Shown here one piece after another: positions 47,936 to 58,427 of a stretch of 64,000 bases of DNA. This stretch comes from Zygnema circumcarinatum SAG 698-1b (Eukaryota; Plantae; Zygnematophyceae): NCBI GenBank assembly GCA_037447605.1, contig CM074806.1:1674001-1738000 (forward strand), in the 5' to 3' direction. The notes under the pieces were generated by a model, which searched no databases, was not told the DNA's origin, and was given only the letters and a program-made list of their open reading frames with translations. Every line of letters begins with the position of its first letter. Positions within the stretch are counted from its first letter, which is position 1. The translations under genes were made by a program, and so were the position numbers.

Positions 47936-50900
47936 TCAGTCCACGCGGAGGAGCGCTTGGAGGTCCGCCCGCAGGAGTTCAATGATCTCCTCCGGGTTCT
48001 CCCGAACGTACCAGTGGCCTCCTGCATGCTCAGCATTCCTCCCTTTAGGAAGACAAAAATATTCAAGTATTCACCTCCTTTAGAATAACATGTTTTACGA
48101 GGCAACTAAAGCGTGAAAACTAACAAGGAATGAATGGACCAATGGAGAACAGAGACAGAATGGCCATATCTGCTTGTTTTACATGATTTCTTCAATTGAC
48201 AAGCAAGTTTGCGGCATCAGAAACAATAAGCTCTGCTGTCTGTTAATCCCTGCACTGCCAAGCCTAGATGTATACATCCGTTTAGCATGACTCCCGTTGG
48301 TGCCTCACCTGAGACCCAATGCTCTTCAAACAGCCCTTGCGTGTGCATACGCCAAGCACTTATCTGCGCCTCCCACCGAGGTACCCTAACGTTCATATTC
48401 TACAATCAAGAAGTCAACCTTCCAAAAACAACATACTCAAGTTACCATGGCTCAACATGGCTTAACATGGCTCCTCAAGTTACCATGTATAATGTGAAGG
48501 GCTTCACCTTACCTTTTGAGTTCATTGAAGATCCTCTCTATGCATGAGTCATCTTTTGTGTGCCATGAACACCCTGTCGACAAAGCTATCGGATATGGAA
48601 AGGCATGCAGTCACGGCAACAGCTCAGGGTAGCCTACCTGCTCCTTTGTATAACGCTGGTCGTTGATGGCCCCAATAGCTACAAGCGGACATTGCAATGG
48701 GCGCAGCACAGGCTGGTAAGTCTCCAACGCTGAGCACCCAAACAAAGACCCAAAAAAAGTTCCATCGTAAGTTTGGTGTATGGGACAAAACTAGCCATAA
48801 CGACCCACATCCAAAAAGTTGTTTGATTGACTAGTGAAGGCCGACAAGTCAACAAATTTCCAAACACGTCCGCAAAATCTGCACAGGCAGGCCCTCGAAC
48901 ACGCTGTATCTTTGCCCTCTCTATTCCTCTCTCAACACGTGTCCTGCAAATGTTTTTACAACACACCTTGGAAATCGGCTTTCAGAAGTGGCAAGACATA
49001 ACGCCGGCTGGCCTCTGCCTGTTCCTTCCGCCCACAAAAAAAAATTTCTGCCCTATTGGCCCACCAGAACAATGTACTAGAGCCTAATGAACCTGCAAAC
49101 ATGCCTGAAAGGCCAACAAAATCAATCTTACTGCCACAGAGGCGATGATCCAAACGTTACGTTAGTGAGCACAGACGTCTCACCTTCAAGTGCTCCACTG
49201 AGGGCTAGTTTCCTACAGTGCATTGTCAAGGGAGATAACGCAGCTTCTGCAATTTTGTGTTGCATGTTGGATATTGACGAGGAAACGAACCTGCAGTGCT
49301 GGAACTCGGCCATAACGTCGGAAGAAACATCGCCAAAACTCTTCATCGGTCAGAGTGTGGAAGGTGGTGGGGTCCACATCGTGTTCCACTGCTGCCAGTG
49401 CGGGAGCTCTGCCACATGTGCTCCAAGCCCATCCCAGCAATTCCACGTTTTTGAACTGCACTGAGCTACCCTGCAACCAGCAGCATACGAAGGAAGCGTT
49501 GTGTGGGTCATAACACTCCTAAATGCTTAAGTACGGCAGTCATGAAAGTAGACTACACTATCAAAATAACGAAATAAACGGTCCTTCTGAAATGAGAAAG
49601 AATGCTCCGGCATGGTCCGGCACCTGTTGCCTGATGCATACAGCTTGAGTGGGCCCAGGGAGCCCCCTGGGTGAGGCAGAATCTCCGTTTTTATTCGCTC
49701 GTCCATAGCCATGAGACGGTGAGCAATCTCGTATGCAACCCAGGAGCCCATGCTGTGCCCAAAGAGGGCAAAAGGCTGCATGAAAAAATCCCAGGTCAGT
49801 AAACCAAGCATGTTAGCTGCATGGCTTTGTTGTACACTTACATCACTTTCCAAAAACCTCCAGCGGAATGTCATGTCTTCGGAAAGGGTAGAATTGTCTT
49901 CCATTTTTGCTACAATAGTACCACTACTAAGTTGATATTTTCAGTCCCTCAGACTTGCATGGCGTAAAAACCATATGTGCAAACTTGCAGCAGATGGCAG
50001 AATGCAAGAAATTCATGTTGCGGATATGCAAGCAACACCTATGGTAGTGCAAACATTTGATTGTCTGCAGAGCTTTCTGGCCCTTTCGAATATTTCAAGG
50101 AATAACACTCTAGGTGTTGAATGGAGAATTTCACAGATTATCTGAGGAGTAACAAAAGCCGAAATTGGTGGACGGACAAAGAACGAATATCTAACTTGAG
50201 AGGAACTTAATTAAATCAATTAATTAAATTACTGCATTTGCTTACAGCTCGTGAGTATGCTGGTCAGGCATGTAAAATATGCAATACCCCTCACGCATTC
50301 ATCAAGGTTAAATATCTCCATGTTGCAGTAGCCCTTGAAGTTGTAGAAAGCAAAAAATGTCGACGATCGTCATGTGGAAAAACTATCACATCAAGAGAAG
50401 AGTTCCACCTTTTCACGAAAAAGAGGGAGCAGATTCTCAAGACAGTCTGTCACGAGCTCATCCATAGATACAGGACGCCGCTCAAGCCCTCGGGCCCCTT
50501 GCCCCGGCATCTCCACTGCCAGCACCTGCATATGTCACAGACAATGCCGGCCCTCTCACATCTTCGTACTGCCTTTCAGCGTTAAGAAGAACTGCTAAGA
50601 GAAGCGCGAATGCACACATGTTGCATGCACTTCTTACCTCCACATGCGGCGCCAACGCCCGCGCCCACGCGTGGTATATCCATGCTCCCGTGGCGGCCTG
50701 CAATCCCTCCCTCTCTCCCTCTCACCTCTTTCTGCTGCCTCCTTTCATACAGCCAACTTCCAACCTGCGGAGTTCACATCCTCCAATCGTAATGCAATGT
50801 TCAAAGCGGAGTCCAAGTCCAAGACCCGAGCTGCAGGTGGAGCCATCTGCTCCTAAAACAGTGCAGGCGATTATGCGTACAACAGAACACATCTCCATTA

Positions 50901-51043
50901 CTAGGATAGAAGGAGAGCTCCTCTCCCGCGAGGACGCAAGAGAGACTTCCGAGAGAGCCCACCGGCGGGAAGCAGAAGAGGCGGAGCGGCGCGGCGGCGG
51001 CTGGAGAGGCTTTGCTCCACTCCGGAGGCGCTGTGACCGCCAT
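47936..51043 (-). CDS. Stand-alone type II thioesterase (TEII; GrsT/OLAH-like), 9 exons; alternative in-frame start at 51097
   Basis: Spliced translation: MAVTAPPEWSK...LRLFCFPP|AATGAWIYHAWARALAPHVE|VLAVEMPGQGAR...LLPLFREK|PFALFGHSMGSWVAYEIA (49760-49746)...LYASGNR|APAL...|YVLPLLKADFQ|ALETYQP...CPLVAIGAIND|...W...|GGHWYVRENPEEII...RVD*. All canonical TEII blocks occur in order, including the Ser and His motifs. Confidence 0.9.
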
Positions 51044-51095
51044 GGCTGCCCCTCCCTGCGGGAGGCTGCCGCTGCTCCCTTGCGCGGAGGCCGCC

Positions 51096-54000
51096 ATGGC
51101 CGCCGCCTCAGCACGATGCGGCGGAGGCGCCCTCGGCGGAGCCGCTCTCTGCGGGAGCGCCCGGCGGCAGCGGAAGAGCGTCCAGGTCCTCCCTCAGCGA
51201 GCACACTTTGCGCCTCCTGCTGTGAGGAGAGCGCTCTGCAGAGCTGCTCAGGATGCAGGCAAACGCGGCTCTTCTGACAATGGAGCCTCTGCAAGTGATT
51301 TATCCTCTGCAGCATCCGGGTCGAATTCCCAGGCAACAAGTCAAGAGATTGATTGTGTGGGAACAGGCAGTAACGTGGAGTGTGTCGTGGCGCCGAGTGT
51401 GCAAGCAACTTCTCAGGAGCTTGATTGTGTGGGGACAGGCAGTGACGTAGAGTGTTTTGTGGCGGACATTGATAGAGGACCACCTCAGCGTTATGAAGGA
51501 ATTTCAAAGGAGACGGCTTCTGACGTCCTTCCAGATATTATTGACACACTTATCCTGATTTCTCCTTTCTTCTTCTGGGGCACAGCAATGGTCGCTATGA
51601 AGGTGCATTACTTCAACCGTTAGCAGCTTCCCATTTGAAGCGAGTGTTGTTAAAGCCATGTGAGTCCGTTTGCTGTCCGTTGAGAAACGACCCCATTGGT
51701 GAACGCACGCCAGCCGTCTAACTGTTGAAGTTGCCACTCTTCTCGTGGCTTAGATTTTAATATGCGCTAAAAACTGTCTGGCCCCAGACAATGGATCATC
51801 AGCTGCTGGGCCTGAGCTTCACCAAAGCTTGTCTGCATGTTACAGGAAGTCCTGCCGAAGGCTGGTCCGGCATTTGTTGCGGCAGTGCGCTTGATTCCTG
51901 CAGGCGCCTTATTGGTCGCCTTTGCTGCCGCCAGAGGGCGAAAGCTCCCTGATACTGGCATAGCATGGCTGGCCATTTCAGTCTTTGCCCTCGTAGATGG
52001 GACTTGTTTCCAGGTGCAATTTTCGTTCTGGTTCCACCACGCAGCACGAACTCACAAAACTTTGTCTAGCAATTGTGGAGTTGCTTGTAACTTCTCAAGC
52101 ACCACCAGTCTTAACAGAGAACATGTTATTCATTTGATGGGGACAAGCTTTTTTAATTTTTTTGAGGAGCAAGAAATTTTAATAACGTACTGATGTCGAC
52201 CTGGCCAAGTTTCCGCCCTTTTCTGAGCTGTGGCTGATCACTCTAGCGGTTTTACAAATATTGGCAGCTTTTGACATTCTAGTAAGGGTTTGAGGTGCTT
52301 GTCGGAGCCTTTATTTTTAATTGACATTTTGAAAACCTGATGCTGAATCGCGAGAATTTTTATCCTTACTCTTGGTTGCAAATCACATCCATACGTCTAT
52401 GAGGTGCTTGTCGCAGCTTTTCTGCAGTTCATGAATTTCTCCACTTTGTGTCCGTTCGTACAGGGTTGCCTTTCTGAGGGCCTGCGGCGGACAAGCGCTG
52501 GTCTGGGCAGTGTAAGTGATCATGCACTCTTGCGTTGCCTCTCGTTCTCTCTCTCTCTCTTTTTCTTCCTCTCGAGCTGGAAGTTAGTAAACAACTTTTG
52601 TAGATTTTGGAGGTGGCACTTTTGGACCCAAGCCATAGGTGAAGGGTGCATCACAAGGAAATGCCTGTTCCTGTGGTCTTGAACTGAACATAAACGCGTC
52701 TGCGGTTTTGCTTGTTTGGCTTCAACCTGATGTGCTGGAAGAATTCCTCTGAATGGATTGCTTGAGGAGTGAACAGCTGCATAGTTGACGACCTTACTGA
52801 CACCAAGTAATGAGTTTGAAGGAGGACCACTAGAAATGTGCTTAATTCTGATGCGATACTTCAGCTTCTTGTTAATCATCAGCTCTGAGTCCCAAGTTCC
52901 TTTTCTCTCTTCAGGTCATCATCGACTCTCAGCCCCTTACTGTGGCAGTTCTGGCAGCCCTGCTGTTTGGAGAGACCATCGGCAAGTTGGGCGTCGCGGG
53001 TCTTTTCTTGGGAGTGCTGGGACTGTGCCTTTTGGAGGTAAGCACTTGCCCCCAGATTGTCGACAGTTGAGCACGTTTTAGTTTAACTTATCTCGCACAT
53101 GCCGCCTTTCTCTTTGAAATTAGTTTTATGCGTTTTCCTTATTCATATGTTGCATTAGCTTCAGACAGTTACATTTTCAGTTTCAGTTCAGTCACCACTT
53201 CCAGACACTGTGCACTCGTTTAGGTTCATTTTGCTGAATCTGCTTTGGTATGCCACGTTACATAGACTTCCCTTTTGCCTTCGCCATTTGTGTCTTCAAG
53301 TGAAACTTGTCGCGTCGCTTGCATGAATGACAGATTCCAGTAGAGGCGGTTCAATCCCTTGTCAGCTCGGACAGCTTGGCACATATGTTTCAACAATTTT
53401 CTGTGACTGGCGGAGATTCGGAGTCCGTCGTCCCATTTTCGTTGTGGGATAGTGGGGAATGGTGGATGCTCTTGGCAGCACAAAGCATGGGTAAGAGAGA
53501 GTCTGCTTGTTCTTCTCTGTATACATGCTGGGAATCGCAAAGATGCCCTCAATTAGCTCTCCACCTCCCTCCGCTTGCTTCCCTCAGATACGTGAATCGA
53601 GAAGGCTGATACAGCTCTCTTTGGGTGGATGACAGCTGTTGGCACAGTCCTGGTCCGTTGGGTCTGTCGCTATAGCGACCCTGTGATGGCGACCGGCTTG
53701 GTACGCCCGTCGGCAATGGTTGAAGTTGTGAAGTTCATTTCTTTCATTTTCGCTTAGAGATCATATGATGCAGTCAATTCCTTGTTCTTATTTACTTGCT
53801 GGAAGTGGTATGTTGAGCAACTTTGTAAATTTACTGGTCTGAACTGCCCTGTTTGTCTGAGGGCTGCAGCACATGATTCTGGGCGGCGTACCGCTCCTGC
53901 TTCTGTCTATACAACAGGGGGATCCGGTTTTCACAGGCCACGTAGGTGAACTCTCTGCATTAGATTGGTCGGCCCTCGTCTACACATCAATCTTTGGGAG

Positions 54001-54787
54001 TGCAATCAGTTATGGAGTATTCTTCTATAATGCCAACAAAGGTACACTTATTTATTCACTTTCCTACATAGAAATTAAGTGGTCGAATTCAAAGTGATCA
54101 CCAAGTATCAAGGCCTCTTCCCGTCATTCTGGGGGTCTTTTGACTAGACGGCTTATTATTTGTGTGCGTTACTCAGATTGACGTGGAAGTAAATGTGCAG
54201 ACACCTTTCTTTTCTTTCCTGCAGAGTTTTCTCCTTGTTGTGACAGACTGAAGGTCCTGACTTCAAAATTACTGTGCTATGATGCGTTTTGGGTTGATTG
54301 CAGGCAACTTGACCAAACTCAGTTCACTGACGTTTCTCACACCCATGTTTGCAGCTTTCTTCGGGTGAGTGTAATCAGGTTGGAATTTGTCAGCAATAAT
54401 TGTTCATATGCAGTTTCTTGCGAAACACAAGAGTCAGACTTGTGTGGCTGTCAAGCATTCTGGGCATCCAAGCGTGCAGGAAAACACTTGAATGTCTGGA
54501 TAGTAGGATTCCAGTAGGTTGGAGTAACTCTGCATACTAGTTGTCTGCTTTACTAAGTAATCGAATTAGGTTCAAGGTCCGTCGTCGCAAATTCCGTATC
54601 AGTTCGTTTGCAGGTTCCGAAGGCCATTCACCCTCACAAGGATGTGGGCTATCTTCACCGCAGGTACATTTATTTGGGAGAGACCTTGTCACCATGGCAG
54701 TTAGTAGGAGCTTTGGTCACTGTTGTGGCCATCACATTAGTCAATGTGAAGGTCGAGGACGCACCTGCTGACAAGAAGTTGCCGTGA
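51096..54787 (+). CDS. EamA/DMT-family transporter, plastid WAT1-related type (At3g02690-like), 9 exons; alternative in-frame start at 51042
   Basis: A transit-peptide-like N-terminus and the DCVGTGSDVEC motif precede ISPFFFWGTAMVAMKEVLPKAGPAFVAAVRLIPAG. Later blocks are VDGTCFQG, TSAGLGSVIIDSQPLTVAVLA, SGEWWMLLAAQSMAVGTV, SDPVMATG, SIFGSAISYGVFFYNANKGNLTKLSSLTFLTPMFA and YLGETLSPWQLVGA. Confidence 0.93.
51330..51473 (+). repeat. Coding tandem duplication, 72 bp (24 aa), each unit with a C-x8-C motif
   Basis: QATSQEIDCVGTGSNVECVVAPSV followed by QATSQELDCVGTGSDVECFVADID; units start at 51330 and 51402. Confidence 0.9.
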
Positions 54788-55847
54788 TTATCCTCTTGTT
54801 CCAATCGACACCATGCACTTGATAAGCCTGAGCGCGCTGCCAGGTCGTCCGATTGACGTATGTTGTTCACCTTACAGGATTGATATATGCTGAATTCTGC
54901 CTTCTCAGGGCCCTTGTCTCCTCCGTAGGTGTCACACTGTTGTAAGTGAGGCCGTTATTGCAGGCCAGAAGTAATGCCTGCTATGGGGGCAGTCAGAAGC
55001 AAGAAAAGTCTTGCGGGCAGGATCGACCACTTGCTTTGGGTTAGTATACGGGTCAACTTCCTCGCAAATGCTGTACGTATTTGTGTTAGATTATGTCCAG
55101 GCGTTCTAAATGAAACGAAGGTTTTGGTCAGAAGGCCTTTAGTCGAGCAGGTTTGGTTGGCGTCTGGGGGGGACGAACGAAACATGCAATGGTTGTTCGT
55201 ATTAAGTCCGAAATTTTTAAGCAAAATGAATAAATGCAATCAATTCTTGGCATTGAGGCCTGAAAAAATGCTGTATGAGAAAATAGGGGAAAAGGTTTCG
55301 TTTGCGGGCATATGGTGCTTAGATGGGCCTTATCCCTTTTCCGTATGCGCATTCAACTTTAACTTGGAAATCTCAGTGTCATGATCTCATGAATATATTT
55401 GACATATGCTCCTCTTTGCCTGATTATGCTCAAACAAAAGCACAGAGTCCAAACGCTATCACTCGTGTCTGTGAGGATGTGAACTATTTTAGTAAATATT
55501 TGACGAGGAATTGACTTCCAGGCCTAGTGTAGAAGAATATAAATATGCTTCTTTCCGACAGAAGCACACTCTGCAGGGTCCACTCTTAGGGAGCAGCAGG
55601 GCGACGTGCCACCCCCTTGGTCTTGACACAAGCAAGTACAGATTGCACACCAATGTGACCGGTAAAGTTAACCTGAGAACTTCACATATCAACAGACGTG
55701 CTGTTATAAAGAATGTGATGTACAACATAACCCGGCAACCCCTTGTACGAGTTACCTCAGTTACAGACCGCAGCATGCGAGAATAAACATTTACACGGAA
55801 CAGCTCGAGAATGCCCACAATGCCTACACGTTTCGCACGAGAAGAAA

Positions 55848-58395
55848 CTAAGGTTCAAAAGTGGGAGCTTGTCGTTTTCCTCCCCATGACGCTTCGTACA
55901 GCAGACGGGGAAGCAGCTCCTTGTACGGATCCTCCTCACGCTTGGTCAGCAGATACTGGAGACCTTCCTCCACTTCACTTTTCACATGTCGGTAAAGCTC
56001 AAGAGTCTTCTCCTTGTCCTTCAACAACTCCTCCATTCCTGTAAAACAACCGATTCCGGGCCATATTCTCGCATGAATGAGCATGCACTTATCGTATCTC
56101 AGAAGAAGCAACGAGCAGTAAAAACTTCTATCGCCCCTTTGTCGATCTGTTGAAAGCTAAAATCCATGTACGAGGAAACAGTGTCACTTGCCTTTTGTCC
56201 GGATGGGTTTTCTGAACAAAAAGTAGAGTCGTTTGGGTGATCCCGGCGCAATGAGAGGGGCTATGAAGGTCTCATCCGGGTCGCCTTCGACACCTTCCGC
56301 TCTGTTCAAGCAGACAGAAATTGACTGCCATGTGTGAGGGCTGTCTGTTAGGGGATGCGTGAGACAGCCGCATTCACCCTTCTGCCTGCCTGCATTCAGC
56401 TCAGTGAGAGAGCCCATAGGATCGCTGTTCTTCTCACCTCACTCTCGGCACATTCTTCATGGCGTCACGTATCCGATCAGACCAAAATGGTAATCTCTTC
56501 TGCTCGTCTGCGTCCAGCAATATCTGCACGAAAGCAGTAACGAAACATTCCAAGTATAGAGGTTATAGTGCACATTGGTGGCGGACCTCTTCAAACGATG
56601 CGGAGTATATGAAGGGGTTGGCAGCGCGAGGCATGTGCCGCTACCTGCAGCCCGTCGTCTACTCCAACTGCGGCGTATGGGATGATGGTGGCGCCATGCT
56701 TCACCTGCCACAGCAGGTCCGCAAGATCGCCCATTTTAATGAAGCTCTGATGGGTGTCCCTTCTCCCTACTCCTTCAGCAATGCCATCTGAGACGGACAG
56801 TAATAGTTGGATCTGCATTGCCGACCAATCCTCTCCCCGCCCTGCCAGAGGAGGGGGGGGGTGCTCTCTCCTCCCATAAGACCACGTGGCTGCTGAGTGT
56901 GAGAGGAAGGGCCTTCGGCTGAACTCACCGCCATACGCACAAACTCCGCCCGGTCAGGCCAGAAAAGTTTGTACTCCTCTCCCTGCAGACAACCCGAGCC
57001 AGCAAAGAAGCAGCAGGTGTAAAACTCGAAGTCCTCACTCGATGACAAAGACTTGGGAGAACATACAGCCTTCAACGTCCTTCCGTTCTCCACGTCTTCG
57101 TGGAAAAATCTCATCTTCAAACACTACAGCCGAATGGCAATTCGGCGAGCAGCTTGCCTGCTAGCAGAAGAGAGTCCTTTCCAGCTCCATCGCGTGCGAC
57201 CCAAAAAAAAAAAAAAAAACCCCCAACAAAAACAACAAAAAAAATAGGTAGAGAAGTGACGAGAAACGAAAGTGAGGGCTTCCTCACCTTTCGCCTGAGA
57301 GCCTCTCGCACCCCCCCTGGAAAGAGCAGCACGACCTCCCCCCTCGCCATGAGCTTGTACAGTGCTCCCCCGGTTACTGGCACCGCCCCAAAGAGACGGA
57401 AAGTGTCCCCCATGGCCTCCGAGCCCTCCCCTCCCTGCCCTGCCCCCCCCAGGGCCATGGGGTGGGCCAACCCCCTTGCCAGCAGGCCCGCCCCCTCAAG
57501 AAGCTCCTCCACGACCACCCCCAGGTCCGGGGCAAAGGTCTGATGGTTTCCCACCAGCAGCAGCGGCCGCTCCCCTTTAGGGAGATTGGCCAGGCCAAGC
57601 TGCACCTCTCCCTCCTCGCTGGTGGAGAATGCCACGGGACTGCTCAGCCATCGGATGAAACTGCACACACAGACAACGAACAGCATCAAAGGGTCAGGAT
57701 ATATCTCTGATCCGACTCGTAGTTCAAACGTATTCACGAAGTATGGGCAAATGCATCTCGTAGGGGAGCAGGTCTGTTGGGGCAGCATGAAGGGAGGGGT
57801 ATGCTGTTGGCCTTTAGTGGGGCCCACCTGAGCAGGCCGCCCTGTGCGCGTTCCACATCGTCCTGAGAGGGCGGCACGAAGCTGTCGAGGAATGGATCCT
57901 CCCGTCCGCTCGTCCTTCTATAGAAATTGCTGCCTTTGATCACGGCTGCCAAATCCAACCCCTCCTCCTGCAACCCTCCAAGCCACCTTCCTCGTTAAGG
58001 TGAACAGATCGAACACCTACCCAGCGAGAAGTCTAAAGCGTGGAGACACACGCTGTGGACAAACAAGAGGATAGGGAGCCGGGGCAGGGAGTGCAAAAGG
58101 AAAGGAGGAAAGGAGCGCAGGATAGGATGGACAGGAGGGAGAAACGAGCAGTGCGGGAGTAACTACCAGCAGCAGGCAGTGGCCCGAGTCGGGGTAGTTC
58201 CGAACAATGCAGTCAGGAAGGATTTTCTTTAGCCGCTTTGCCTCCTCCTTGCTGGGCAGCAGATTGTCCTCCCCACTGCCCCCTCTCCCACACCCTCCTC
58301 CAGCATTGAGCATTGAGCTCACCACGCCCTCAGCAGCACGGCAGCAGACCTTTGAGCAAGAGGGGGGGGGGGGGGGGGCTGCACCNNNNNNNNNN

Positions 58396-58427
<32 letters not shown>

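Noticed and set aside
40784-48490. Tiny intronic tandem repeats (ggtagacactt x2 at ~40784; tcaagttaccatg x2 and aacatggct x2 at ~48437-48489)
   Set aside because: Ordinary slippage products with no evidence of function.
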